The position numbers were made by a program, and so were the translations under genes. Positions 1-10,052 of a stretch of DNA of 64,000 nucleotides are shown here, one piece after another. Origin of the DNA: a virus (lineage: Duplodnaviria > Caudoviricetes); the IMG/VR virus record IMGVR_UViG_3300036773_000046, positions 15,067 through 79,066 of that record; one strand, given 5' to 3'. The notes beneath the pieces are model-generated. The model saw only the letters and a program-made list of their open reading frames with translations, was not told the DNA's origin and did not search any database. How positions within the stretch are numbered: the stretch's first letter is position 1; every line of letters starts with the position of its first letter.

Positions 1-477
1 GTACGCACCCACCTGCGTGTTGTAGCAGTGCGGCCACGCGTTGTACACGTACTGCGCAAGACCCGCGGCGTTGCACGCGCCCGCGCCTGCCACGCGCTGC
101 CACACCTCCATCGAGTAGTGCGCGCTCGACGGGCCCTCGGACAACGCAAAGCCCATGCCGCTAACGGGTGCCGACGTGACGAGCTCACGTGCGGACAGCA
201 CGTACGGCATCATGTCCGGGTCCACCGTCAGGAGGTCCGTCTGGAGCGACATGCGCTTCAAGATCGGAGGATCGACCTGGTTGACGCCAATGCCGCCGTC
301 GGCGGTACGCTCGAAGAAGTCGGTGCCCGCCTCGTACTGCGGCGTCATTGCGACCTGGGTGAACAGGTTGGTGACGACGACGTGACTCGACGCGCCGGTG
401 ACGGGGTTGCCGCAGACGTCCAGCTGAACGATGCGAATGACGACACCCTTGATAGGTGCGCCGCAGACTGATGCCAT
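1..477 (-). CDS. Major tail protein, N-terminal part (runs off left edge)
   Basis: Not in ORF track because no stop is in the window. ATG at 477 gives MASVCGAPIKGVVIRIVQLDVCGNPVTGASSHVVVTNLFTQVAMTPQYEAGTDFFERTADGG..., which resembles cluster-B-type actinophage major tail proteins; lies directly after the capsid genes. Confidence 0.7.
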   Translation of the reverse strand, partial: MASVCGAPIKGVVIRIVQLDVCGNPVTGASSHVVVTNLFTQVAMTPQYEAGTDFFERTADGGIGVNQVDPPILKRMSLQTDLLTVDPDMMPYVLSARELVTSAPVSGMGFALSEGPSSAHYSMEVWQRVAGAGACNAAGLAQYVYNAWPHCYNTQVGAY

Positions 478-484
478 GATTACC

Positions 485-1414
485 TCACGTTCCCTTCGGA
501 ACACCAAGTGATACTTGCGCTGCGAAGAGGCAGCAATCCCAGCCGAGCACGTAGGTGCGCTCGGCGATCATTCGCATCGTGTTCACCGCACGGTCCATCG
601 CCTGCGCGCCCTGCGGGGCGCGCACGCGAACCTGCGACCGATAGCCAAACACGTTGCCCGTGCCGTACATCCAACACGCGTTTCCACTGCGGTTGGAGCC
701 GTCAGGACCAGTGCCCTGGAAGCCAATGCCCACCGCCACCTTGTTCCCGTTCGCCGTGTAGAGCGTCGGGGAGTTGCCGGTACGCTTGATCAGGTCCCAG
801 GCGTCGAGCGTGGGTAGCAAGATGTCGGGGACGTGGATGACGCCGACGCCTCCGTAGCAGTCTCCCATCGCGGATTCGATCAACCCAAGTGCGGTTGCCG
901 CGTTCAGCAGGTCGCCACTTACACCCGTAACGTTCACCGCCGAAGGCTGAAGCAGCACACCATCCGAATCCCTCACCACGGCATTCGCAGCTAGGTGCGG
1001 GAAGACTACTTGCTGCCCACCAGCTTGACCAGTCCAAAACGCGTTCTCCACCTGCCATGGTTCGGCGACGGACAACGCGCGTTCCGCGGTCGCCTGCGCC
1101 TGCTGATTCCCCACGGGTGCGCAGTCAAACTCTGAGTACACGACGAACGAGGTGGCGCCACGCGTCACCGAGCTCACCGTGTTGGCGAGATTCGCGGGTG
1201 ACGGCGGCGAACCCGTTCCGGTAACGGCAATGCAACCCGCCGCGTACGTGCTCGCGCCGAGGTGCCCGGACGGTCCACCCGAGTCGCACAGCGACTGATA
1301 CGTGATGCCCTGCATCCAGTGCTCAGGCGCGGGTGGAAACTCAACCGCAGTGAGTAGACCGAAGGGACTAGGAGTGTACGATGGCGGGTCGACCACCTGC
1401 CGCATACCCGCCAT
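485..1414 (-). CDS. Second capsid protein (putative major capsid pentamer protein)
   Basis: 309 aa, starts VVDPPSYTPSPFGLL; directly downstream of the 590-aa capsid gene, the hexamer/pentamer arrangement of cluster-B-type actinophages. Confidence 0.6.
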   Translation of the reverse strand: MAGMRQVVDPPSYTPSPFGLLTAVEFPPAPEHWMQGITYQSLCDSGGPSGHLGASTYAAGCIAVTGTGSPPSPANLANTVSSVTRGATSFVVYSEFDCAPVGNQQAQATAERALSVAEPWQVENAFWTGQAGGQQVVFPHLAANAVVRDSDGVLLQPSAVNVTGVSGDLLNAATALGLIESAMGDCYGGVGVIHVPDILLPTLDAWDLIKRTGNSPTLYTANGNKVAVGIGFQGTGPDGSNRSGNACWMYGTGNVFGYRSQVRVRAPQGAQAMDRAVNTMRMIAERTYVLGWDCCLFAAQVSLGVPKGT

Positions 1415-1459
1415 CGTTCACCTCGTCTCCTTGATCGTAGCCACGTAGTCCGCTGTGGC

Positions 1460-3232
1460 TTAGATGCGCGCCGTCGGGGTGCCGAGGACGTACGCCGAAC
1501 CACCCGTGGCGCCATTGACGCCAAAGTTAAGGTTGTAGACGCGCGACTCGTTGCCGACCTTCGCCACCAGGTGGCATTCCTCGGACCACGCGGCGGTGAA
1601 GTCGTTCGTCGCGTTGAGGACGGAGTCGCGAACGACGCCGAGGTCGAGGGTAAGGCCGTTGCCCTTGATGAACGTACCCGCCGCGTAGACCATGATGCTT
1701 GCGGTCGTAGGCCAGGCGATCATCGAGGTGTTCGGGTTGCCGAACTGACCCGCTCCGCGGAACTGCCAGTCGCCGACCCACTGGACGCGAATGTTACGCG
1801 CCGCCAGGTACTGGTCGATTTCGGTATCCGAAACCGACAGCGTGTTGCCGAACGCGCGCCACGCGAGGTCCGCCTGGATGAGGTCCTTGACCCAGTACGG
1901 CAGCACCGTCTCCAACGGCACCTCGTCCGGGATGGCGAACTTGGCACGGTAGTCGGTGCAGGCGAGGTCGATGCCGTTCACGACGGTCTGGTATACGGGC
2001 GAGCTGCCCGCCGAGCCGAGGCCGGTGGCGACTGTGGTCGAGAGCGCGACCATCTGGGAGATGATGCGCGCGTTCTGCGCGTGCTGCCACGCGGTGAGGA
2101 GCAGACGCAGCGTGTGCGCGGTGGCCTCGGGGTACGCGTCATCCGTCAGGTTGCCCGCGGTCAGCGTAATGCCATAGCACTCAAGCCGCTGCTCGGAGAA
2201 CGACGGGCAGGCGACTCGGATCGTCGGCTTGGTCGGCGAGCCGGTAACCGCCGCGATGTCGTCGGTCTCCGTCCAGACCCAGGGATCCGAGCCCGAGGTG
2301 AACGCGACGGCGAACGGCGCGAGACCCTTCGAGCCGAAGGCGTCGGCGATGGACGGCGAGACCGGGAACTTCAGGCCGCCGCGACTGATGCCGACGGTGG
2401 GAAGGTCGATCAGTCCGTCCACGCCCGAGACGTTGAAGAAGTCGTACTTGATCTCGGACGGCGCGCACCAGCCGCCACCCGCGACGAGGGACTGCATCTT
2501 CTCGGGACGCCGCAGGTAGTTGATGAGCTCGTCCATCTGCGCGGGCGACGTGCGGTCGTCCACGGTGTGCTCGAACTCGTTGCGGATCGTGCAGACCAGA
2601 CGCTCCTGCGGCGCGTTGCGCGTCACGGGCGCCGACTTGGCGGCGCGCTGGAACGCCTCGACGATGTCGTCGAGTGAGGTCATGTTTGAGCCACGCGCGA
2701 CGCCAGGAATGTCGACGCCAGCGGTGACAGCCAGCTTCTTGTTCTTCGACACGTCCACGGGCGGCGCAGCCTTGCGCGCGTCGGCCAGCGTCGCGAGTCC
2801 GCCGTTCCCACGCACCCGACGCTCGCCGGCCGCCGCGACTAAGGTCTGCGCGACGCCACGTGACGCGGCCTCGGTGATCGCCGCGAGGACCTCGGCCGAC
2901 AGCTCGCCGGGAACCGCGCCGTTGCCGCCGCCTCCACCTTCGCCGTCGCTGGGGCCGTGAACACGCTCGCGCAACGCCTCGCGAGTCTCGAGCATGCGCG
3001 CACGCTCGGTCTCTGCGGCGAGTTCAGCGCGGGCGGTGCGCCCGGCCTTCTCGGCGTTGATGCGGTCGATGTCGTTCGCCAGCCGCATTTGGTACTCGAG
3101 GCCCTCCGCGGTGACGTTGTCGTCGTTTGACAACCGATCGAACTCGGCGGTCGCCCGCTCTTCGACTTCCGCCAGCTCTTCATCACTGATGAGCGTGAGG
3201 TCCGCGGGGACCTGAACAATGTCGTCAGCCAT
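1460..3232 (-). CDS. Major capsid (hexamer) protein
   Basis: 590 aa with a helical scaffold-like N-terminus, then SLVAGGGWCAPSEIKYDF, DLPTV.ISRGG and ITAGNLTDDAYPE motifs typical of this HK97-fold capsid family; position after portal/MuF/protease. Confidence 0.85.
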   Translation of the reverse strand: MADDIVQVPADLTLISDEELAEVEERATAEFDRLSNDDNVTAEGLEYQMRLANDIDRINAEKAGRTARAELAAETERARMLETREALRERVHGPSDGEGGGGGNGAVPGELSAEVLAAITEAASRGVAQTLVAAAGERRVRGNGGLATLADARKAAPPVDVSKNKKLAVTAGVDIPGVARGSNMTSLDDIVEAFQRAAKSAPVTRNAPQERLVCTIRNEFEHTVDDRTSPAQMDELINYLRRPEKMQSLVAGGGWCAPSEIKYDFFNVSGVDGLIDLPTVGISRGGLKFPVSPSIADAFGSKGLAPFAVAFTSGSDPWVWTETDDIAAVTGSPTKPTIRVACPSFSEQRLECYGITLTAGNLTDDAYPEATAHTLRLLLTAWQHAQNARIISQMVALSTTVATGLGSAGSSPVYQTVVNGIDLACTDYRAKFAIPDEVPLETVLPYWVKDLIQADLAWRAFGNTLSVSDTEIDQYLAARNIRVQWVGDWQFRGAGQFGNPNTSMIAWPTTASIMVYAAGTFIKGNGLTLDLGVVRDSVLNATNDFTAAWSEECHLVAKVGNESRVYNLNFGVNGATGGSAYVLGTPTARI

Positions 3233-3416
3233 CTGACGACTCCTTTCGAGATTGGTTACCCATCAGTGGGGTTCGTAATGAACAGTATCAGGTTCACACG
3301 GTGTGTACGGCGTAATCACTTCACTTGGCAGGTTCCGGAGTCTGTACCGGCTCGGGCTGCGGCGGCGGAGCCGGGGGCGCCTGGATCACTGGCTTGTTGC
3401 ACCCACACATTTTGGC

Positions 3417-5129
3417 TTACACCTCCCTCTTACCGTGAACACGCTCGATCAACTTGCGCTGCACGGCGCGCATCGCGATCTGCTCGAGCTCTTCCTCAGA
3501 AAGTTCAGCCTGCTTGGGCCGCTGCACCGGGACGATGCCGGACGCGACGAGCGAACGGATCTCTCCCGAGGCGACGAACGAGCGACTCGACGGTGCCTGG
3601 TAGCCGGAGGTATTCACCGTGAGAAGCGCGACCATCCGAAGCGCTCCGCCAATGCGCCGCCAGTCGGGAGAGACCTGCCCCGACGCACGCAGTGAGTGCA
3701 CCCGGGACGCGTGAGCCCACGGCCGGATCGCGCCCGCGACCCAGATGCCGTGCTTGTCGTTACCTACGACCACGTCGGCGACGCACGCGTCGGTGTTCTC
3801 GTAGTGCTCCTTCGCCTTCGACGCGCTCAGGTGAAGTGCGGCGTGCTCGATTCCCGCGGTGATCTGGCCGACGGCGACGGTGGTGCCGTCGTCCAGCGGA
3901 ACCTCACCCGTGAGGAAGTACGCGTGAAGATCTTCGCGCGGCGGCATGACGCACTCGTCCATGTAGCCAAGGTGACACTGCGCCCACGCGGCCGCGTGGC
4001 CGTACACACGACCCGCGTCGGTGACCATGATCGGCACGTACTGTCCGAGCCCAGGGTTGGTGAACCACTCCGCAGGCGGACGCCACACCTGGTCCGTCCA
4101 GCTCGACGCGACGATCACCTCGGCTGAAGTCTCGAAGGGCGGCGGCGTCTGGCCCGCGTCCTCGAGATGCTTCGCCAAGTGATCGTAAGCGAGACGACGA
4201 TCAGACTCGGAAAGTTCAGAGCCACCACGTCCGCCGTGAAGCAAGCCAATTCCCGCGGCGCAGGCGGTGACGTTGGCCGCACCCGCGACGCCGTCCTCGC
4301 CGACCTCGTGATGCAAGATCCCGAAGACCTCGTGATCGACGGTGGCTTCGACGACGCGGCTGGCGTGAACCGCCGAGTCCCAGGTGCCGTCGGACGTTGC
4401 GGTCTCGTGCACGTTCGACTTCGCGGCTTCGAGTGCCATCGCAGATCGCTCATCCTCGGGGATGGGCATGATCTTAGCCTCGACGAACGCGGGAATGTCG
4501 CAGAGAGTGGCGGCGCGAACGCGGGCCGAGTGAAAGATGATCTTGTCTGGCGCCGCGAACAGCATCTTGAACAAGCTGTCCTCGTCGTCTTCCTCACCCT
4601 CTTCGGGATCGGCCCACACGTACTCGACGTCGGCGTCGGTGATGTCGTCGGCATCGATGCTGATTCCCGTGAGCGCACCTGCCTGGTTGCGCCGGTACGC
4701 CTCGTGTGACAGGTCGTCGTCGGATCCGCCGAGGTCGAAGATCCCCTCGGCCATGATCTGGTTCGTGCCGTCGGGTCCGGGCTCGCGGTACACACGCTGT
4801 ATCGTGCCGACGTTCACGGTCTTGTTCTGCGGCACGCCGCCGTGAGAGTCCTCGTATTGCCAGCGCAGCGGCAGTGGCGGGTCCGCCCAGGAAAGCGAGT
4901 CGAGCGCGAACTCACGCCCGTCGCCAGTCGGCGTTCCCTCGACGACGAGGGGCCCGCGCCACATGGGCGCTTCGGTCATGACGGGTGGGGCGTCCATCTC
5001 GGTGTCGTCCGCCGCGGCCTTCTTCGCCGCACCCGGCTTGTTGACCCTCTTACGCTTGTCGGCTGGAGTGCCGGGACTCGGCTTACCGCCGAAGTCTTCT
5101 TCGGACTCAGGTGTGAGTAGCTCGGTCAT
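3417..5129 (-). CDS. Head assembly protein / capsid maturation protease-like
   Basis: Start moved to ATG 5129 (GGAGG RBS upstream). W.GPLVVEGTPTGDGR N-domain and GRVYGHAA.W..CH.G C-domain; sits between MuF and capsid genes. Confidence 0.55.
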   Translation of the reverse strand: MTELLTPESEEDFGGKPSPGTPADKRKRVNKPGAAKKAAADDTEMDAPPVMTEAPMWRGPLVVEGTPTGDGREFALDSLSWADPPLPLRWQYEDSHGGVPQNKTVNVGTIQRVYREPGPDGTNQIMAEGIFDLGGSDDDLSHEAYRRNQAGALTGISIDADDITDADVEYVWADPEEGEEDDEDSLFKMLFAAPDKIIFHSARVRAATLCDIPAFVEAKIMPIPEDERSAMALEAAKSNVHETATSDGTWDSAVHASRVVEATVDHEVFGILHHEVGEDGVAGAANVTACAAGIGLLHGGRGGSELSESDRRLAYDHLAKHLEDAGQTPPPFETSAEVIVASSWTDQVWRPPAEWFTNPGLGQYVPIMVTDAGRVYGHAAAWAQCHLGYMDECVMPPREDLHAYFLTGEVPLDDGTTVAVGQITAGIEHAALHLSASKAKEHYENTDACVADVVVGNDKHGIWVAGAIRPWAHASRVHSLRASGQVSPDWRRIGGALRMVALLTVNTSGYQAPSSRSFVASGEIRSLVASGIVPVQRPKQAELSEEELEQIAMRAVQRKLIERVHGKREV

Positions 5130-5290
5130 GGTGCCTCCAGACGTGGTTACCGTACCAAAACGAGAATGCGTGCCAGCAGTGATGACTCCACGACTCCCCA
5201 AGTGCAGCTCCGCATCAGGTGTGTAGTCCTTGCGGAAGAAGAATCCCGGTGTGATCTCTTCCGCATCAGTGGGTGCGTTACGCGGACTCG

Positions 5291-7036
5291 TCATGGGCAC
5301 CTTCCTAAGTCAACGCAAAGCGGAGTGGGATCAAGACCTAGTTCACGCATGAATGTCTCACCCCACTTGACTACCCAATCAGGTCGTCGTGTGCCACCCA
5401 TGTTGTAGTTGGCCCACAGCTCAGCATCACGCTCACCTGCGGACTCCTTAGCGTAGTCAGATACGTGTAAACCCTGCGGCGCACCTGCGGCACGGGCGGC
5501 GCTATTCGCTGCTGATACTGCACGTGAGTACTCGCGTGATGCAGGAACCCAGCCACCCGCCGGCCGCATGAGGACGTGTCCGAACTCATGCACCAGTGTG
5601 TCCTCAATGCCACCCGACCCATGCTGAAGCCAACCGGACTTCTCGTCAGCCCTGATGAATTTGTCGATCAGTTCGTTACCATTCACACCTAGGTAGTTAC
5701 CGTCACGCACGTACGCTATGACTTCGTAGCCTGGCTTACCGTACATCGCCGAAGCTGCGTTCTCAGCTGATGTAAAGTGATAGCCGAATCGCTCCTCAAG
5801 AACCTTATTCAAGTTCAAGATACGCGTGCGATACGCCGAGTTGGTGATACCAGCGTACTTCAAGTTCTCGGCGGTCAAGGCATCTGCTCGAAATCCTGCA
5901 TTACCGCTAAGATCGTATCGTGCGTTCTGTCCAGGAGATAGTGTGGCAAAGCGATCAGTCACAAGAGATGTATCAGAAGATATCCCTGCGCATGCGCACG
6001 GCGATTCAAGTGCAGTCGACTCCGCCGCGGTGTCATCGAGAAACTTCTTAGCAGGTGCGGCGACGGGTGGCGGCACGTAACCTTCGGCGGCTGCCTTCTC
6101 CGCCGCACGCTTAGCCTTCTGCTTCTCACGGTAAGCCTTGGCGTACGCGGGGTCGTAACCGGCGAACGTGATCAACGCACTCGCACTTAAGCCAACGCCG
6201 ACGGGACTTGTGCACCCACACGCCTGCTGAACAAACGAGTCCTGGCTGCTGATCGGCTCGCCGGTCTGAACGTCGGTGGTGATCGTGTCATCGTCCGCGA
6301 TGTCAAAGCCCAGTGTGCAGCGACAGTTAGGCTCATCACCCGGGTCGTCGCCCGTGGAGAACACGGAGTCCAGCGGAACCTGCTCGCCGTCAACCTCGGC
6401 ATGCTCGGGACGAGTGCGGTCATCGTTGACCGCAATCCACTCCTTCATGGTCTGCACGTTGGTCAACATCTTCATCTGATCCAACGAGCCCTGGTTCATC
6501 GCGTGTCCGGTCTCTGATCGCGCGATCACCTCGGCGCGCGATCCTGACACGTTCGCCGACTCGACGACACGCTGCCTCAGCGCGGGCAAACCTTCACCCG
6601 CCTGAATCCCCTCAAGTAGTTGAGATCGCGCCGCGCCCCACACGTCGTTGCCGACGCCGACGAGCCGGTTGCGCGCGTTCGCCAGGAAGGTGTCCACCTG
6701 CGGGTTGTGCACCTTCGGAATCTTGAAGCTATCGTCGCCCGCGCCGACGGGTTCGCCCGCGGCCGCGGTGAGGCCGAGGTGCTGCACGATCGCCTCATGC
6801 TGGTTGATGCGCGTGATGCCCGACCCAAGGTCGTAAGACTGCTGCACGAAGTCAATCAGCGAGTCGACTTCGCGGGTCCAGTGACTCTTCACAAGCGTCA
6901 GGTCGTCCACCGTCACCACGCCGTGAAGTCCACTCGCCGTCTTGTCGAGCACGCGGTTGATCGCGTTCCACGCGGCCTCGGTGAAGACGTCCCCCATGAG
7001 ACCGATGTCGTCCGACGTGGGTCCCTTTAGCTTCAT
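5291..7036 (-). CDS. MuF-like head morphogenesis protein with C-terminal HEXXH metallopeptidase-like domain
   Basis: MuF motifs IARSET, KEWIAVNDDRTRPEH, EPNCRC; C-terminal DTLVHEFGH and SDYAKESAGE.DAE. Confidence 0.75.
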   Translation of the reverse strand: MKLKGPTSDDIGLMGDVFTEAAWNAINRVLDKTASGLHGVVTVDDLTLVKSHWTREVDSLIDFVQQSYDLGSGITRINQHEAIVQHLGLTAAAGEPVGAGDDSFKIPKVHNPQVDTFLANARNRLVGVGNDVWGAARSQLLEGIQAGEGLPALRQRVVESANVSGSRAEVIARSETGHAMNQGSLDQMKMLTNVQTMKEWIAVNDDRTRPEHAEVDGEQVPLDSVFSTGDDPGDEPNCRCTLGFDIADDDTITTDVQTGEPISSQDSFVQQACGCTSPVGVGLSASALITFAGYDPAYAKAYREKQKAKRAAEKAAAEGYVPPPVAAPAKKFLDDTAAESTALESPCACAGISSDTSLVTDRFATLSPGQNARYDLSGNAGFRADALTAENLKYAGITNSAYRTRILNLNKVLEERFGYHFTSAENAASAMYGKPGYEVIAYVRDGNYLGVNGNELIDKFIRADEKSGWLQHGSGGIEDTLVHEFGHVLMRPAGGWVPASREYSRAVSAANSAARAAGAPQGLHVSDYAKESAGERDAELWANYNMGGTRRPDWVVKWGETFMRELGLDPTPLCVDLGRCP

Positions 7037-7038
7037 GA

Positions 7039-8817
7039 CTAGGCCCCACTAATGCCGGCCATTGCGGTGTGATGCTTCTTTGAAGGATGCATGTCCGCCG
7101 CGTCACCGTTGTAGATCCGCTCGCCGATCACGGGGGCACCGGTGGCGTTGAGCCAGCAACGGTACGTGCCCGAGCTCCCGGGCAACGCGCCGACGGCGGG
7201 CTTCCACATCGCGTGCGTCATGGGACACGAGAACATGTGATCAACGCAGTCGTGCGGATGCAGGATCGTCCAGCCGTCGAACTCGATCTTAAGACCGTGC
7301 GTCAGCGTCGCCTGGTGCGCGAGCTGCTCGGTGATGCCGCGCGACTTGGGTGGCTGCACGTCACGCTGCGGCTGAGGTGCCGGCGGGTTCTTATCGGTGG
7401 GCGGCGGGTTGTCCGGTGGTGGCTCGGCGGGAGGACGCGGCGCGGTGGGTGGCGTGTCGTGTGTCACCTCGAGTCCAAGCTCGTCCATTGCGGCGAACGC
7501 GTTCACGGGTTCGGTGGCGGTCTTCAGCAAGATCATGCGTCGCAGGTCGTCGTCGCCCGGCTTGTCAAGATCGCTGAACCCAGTCTCACGACGCAGCGCG
7601 TCGCCGTTGATCTCCAGCCTGTCGTAGGCGTCCTTCGCGTTCTCGCTACGGTCGGGACGAAGGATGAGCTCGGATGCGTCGTACCAGACGACCCAATCTT
7701 CCGGGTCCTCGCCCGCCGCGTCGAGCATCGGCTTGAGGTAGCCCGTCGTGAGCGCGTCGCAGATGATCTCGACGTCGGGCGCCACGTGGATCTTCACTCC
7801 CTGCTCGTCGATGAGCCAGGCGTTCCAGTGGTTGACGTCCTTCGTGCCGAGGAGCGCCTCGGGCGGCATGTCCAGTGAGATCGCCAGTCGAGAGAGCGTG
7901 CTGTCACGCTTATTGATGATCTGATCGTCGAGCCGAAGCGTGAAGTCGATGTGCCGTACCTTATCGACGAACTCACCCGGCACCTTGATCGGGATCGGGA
8001 TGACCGCAGACGCCGTGCCGGGAGTCTTGATCGCCTCGGCGGCGATCTCGATCCACTCGGCAACGAACGGATCAGGCTCATCTGCGAACTCAGGACGCAC
8101 CGGGAAGGTGATCTCGTCGGGGAACACCACGATGCCTGCCGACGCGAGACGACTCATGTACTGCGCGGCGATGTGCCGGTTGATGAGCTCAAGTTCGCGC
8201 AGCAGTGGCCGTGCGGCGCGTGCGGACGAGTCGGCGACGGCGTGCCAGCGGTGATGCGGACGCCACACGCGTACGACAATGGAGTTGTCTGGAAGATCGC
8301 GCCACCTGCCGTACGGCTGCGCCACGGACATAATGCTCGGGTCGAACGAGCTGGGCCGCACCTCCTCGATGGAGCGAATGTACCACTTGTTTGTGCCGTC
8401 GGGCTGGGTCTCGCCAATGAGGTAGCACTCGCCGGGTGCGCTGACGTAGACGGCGAACCCGCGCATGAGACTCGACTGGCCGCCGATGCCACCCGCGAGA
8501 TTGGCGACGATGTCCGCGGCGGGTCCGGTGTCCTGGCGCTGCGGCTCATCCACGCCCTGGACCTTCTTAGCCGCGACGAGGCGGACGCGAGAAAGCATGT
8601 TCGCCTTCCACGTGATGCCCTGACGGAACTCTCCGAGGGAGTCGTAGAAGTCCCAGACCTCACGCTGCCAAACGTCAGGCGTGCGATACAGGCGACGACG
8701 CGGGTCGGTGACGCGATCTTCATCGGCGTTCGCGCCGGGACCTTGCACGACCTTCGCGTCCGCGGTAAGTGCCTGCGGCACGGTCTTGGTCCTACGACTA
8801 AACCACGCCACGGACAC
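7039..8817 (-). CDS. Portal protein
   Basis: 592 aa between terminase and MuF; WQREVWDFYD..GEF, VWRPH, AGIVVFP, RLAISLDMPPE.LLG..D.NHWNAW are characteristic of this actinophage portal family; Pro-rich C-terminal extension. Confidence 0.85.
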   Translation of the reverse strand: MSVAWFSRRTKTVPQALTADAKVVQGPGANADEDRVTDPRRRLYRTPDVWQREVWDFYDSLGEFRQGITWKANMLSRVRLVAAKKVQGVDEPQRQDTGPAADIVANLAGGIGGQSSLMRGFAVYVSAPGECYLIGETQPDGTNKWYIRSIEEVRPSSFDPSIMSVAQPYGRWRDLPDNSIVVRVWRPHHRWHAVADSSARAARPLLRELELINRHIAAQYMSRLASAGIVVFPDEITFPVRPEFADEPDPFVAEWIEIAAEAIKTPGTASAVIPIPIKVPGEFVDKVRHIDFTLRLDDQIINKRDSTLSRLAISLDMPPEALLGTKDVNHWNAWLIDEQGVKIHVAPDVEIICDALTTGYLKPMLDAAGEDPEDWVVWYDASELILRPDRSENAKDAYDRLEINGDALRRETGFSDLDKPGDDDLRRMILLKTATEPVNAFAAMDELGLEVTHDTPPTAPRPPAEPPPDNPPPTDKNPPAPQPQRDVQPPKSRGITEQLAHQATLTHGLKIEFDGWTILHPHDCVDHMFSCPMTHAMWKPAVGALPGSSGTYRCWLNATGAPVIGERIYNGDAADMHPSKKHHTAMAGISGA

Positions 8818-8851
8818 CTCCTAGTCGGAGGAATCGTATCGCGTCGTTAGG

Positions 8852-9223
8852 CTATGAAGTCACCTTCGCTAGGAACGCTCCTAGACCCCACACCGCAAGC
8901 CAGCACAAGATCGGCGCCGGCATACCCCACATCAGCCACGCGACGAGCACCAAGCCACCCGACACGTACGCCGACGCGCACCAAATGCAGCCAATCAATT
9001 CGCCCAGCCACCAGTAATCCTCGACGTAGCCGAACCGAATGATGCCGTCTTCGTGCACGTCCACCTCGTGTCGCACGAACGGGCGCGCGTGCTGGATCTT
9101 TCGCCGTGACCACGCGATGGGAGGGAACGTGTCGAAGACGATCAACCGTGTGACGCGAAAGGTCGCGAAGCTGAGGACGACTAGTAAGAGCCAGAGACTC
9201 ATCGACTGGCGACCTTGCGCCAC
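8852..9223 (-). CDS. DUF1360-like membrane protein
   Basis: FRVTRLIVFD ... GELIGCIWCAS motif with hydrophobic helices. Confidence 0.6.
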   Translation of the reverse strand: MAQGRQSMSLWLLLVVLSFATFRVTRLIVFDTFPPIAWSRRKIQHARPFVRHEVDVHEDGIIRFGYVEDYWWLGELIGCIWCASAYVSGGLVLVAWLMWGMPAPILCWLAVWGLGAFLAKVTS

Positions 9224-9262
9224 TCCGCCTTTGCAAGCGCCGCACCCGCGATCTTCAGAGCG

Positions 9263-9484
9263 TCACGGCGTGTTAGTTCCATCATCTTTCTTCTTCCCAT
9301 CGGTCTTTCCGATTGTCCAGTTGTTGTTCGCAAACATTACACCACCGAACGCGATCAGCGCGGACACCGCCGAGGCGATGTACTGATGCAGGGTGATGGG
9401 AGTGTTATCGGCGGTCGCCGTGTAGAGAGATCCCAGGCCGGCGACCAAGAGGGCTACCACTGCCTTCACGTAAGTTAGGTTCAC
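9263..9484 (-). CDS. Holin-like small membrane protein
   Basis: 73 aa, two hydrophobic segments, charged C-terminus KTDGKKKDD. Confidence 0.5.
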   Translation of the reverse strand: MNLTYVKAVVALLVAGLGSLYTATADNTPITLHQYIASAVSALIAFGGVMFANNNWTIGKTDGKKKDDGTNTP

Positions 9485-9485
9485 G

Positions 9486-10052
9486 TTACCATCCCGTAGG
9501 TAGTCCCGACGTGTTGCCGGGAATGTGATGTCGCCAGATCCACGTCATCTCCGGTAAGTGAACGATGTGAGCGCCCGCCTTGACGCAACCTAGCGTAAAC
9601 CGCCAATCCTCCCCACCCACGGTGGCACCTTCGTCCGGCGCCGTGAACCCGACCTCCTGCGCAAGATCGGTCTTGACTCCAACGATCATGGTGGTGTGCG
9701 TCGGTTCATCTGGATTGAACTCGTGTCCGAACAACCGAAGCACGTCCAACGAGACCGAGGTGTCGTAGTAGCTGAAGACGTAATCCGCGTCCGTGTCCAC
9801 CGCGCACTGCAGCAGGTGCGCGGTGTGCTGTGGCTTGAAGAGGTCGTCGTCGTCGAGGAAGAACGTCCACGTCGTCCGCACGGCGTCCAGCGCGCGCTGT
9901 CGCGTCAGCCACGCGCCCTCACGGTTCACGTCCATGGCCACCGACACCGCGGTGGCCGGCAGATCTTGGCACCACACCGAATTCAACGCCGCCTGTCGCA
10001 GCTCTCGACGTGGCGGAATCGTCGGCATGGCCACCGCGTAATCGAACTTCAC
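9486..10052 (-). CDS. Glycosyltransferase family 2
   Basis: VAMPTIPPR N-terminus, FFLDDDD (DxD), GEDW; GTG start overlaps the upstream stop (GTGA). Confidence 0.75.
   Translation of the reverse strand: MKFDYAVAMPTIPPRRELRQAALNSVWCQDLPATAVSVAMDVNREGAWLTRQRALDAVRTTWTFFLDDDDLFKPQHTAHLLQCAVDTDADYVFSYYDTSVSLDVLRLFGHEFNPDEPTHTTMIVGVKTDLAQEVGFTAPDEGATVGGEDWRFTLGCVKAGAHIVHLPEMTWIWRHHIPGNTSGLPTGW

Noticed and set aside
3417-5300. ORF-track starts at 5300 and similar extended starts (10118, 11523, 34513, 48903, 52032)
   Set aside because: They overlap upstream genes extensively; downstream starts with an RBS or 4-nt stop/start overlaps fit better.
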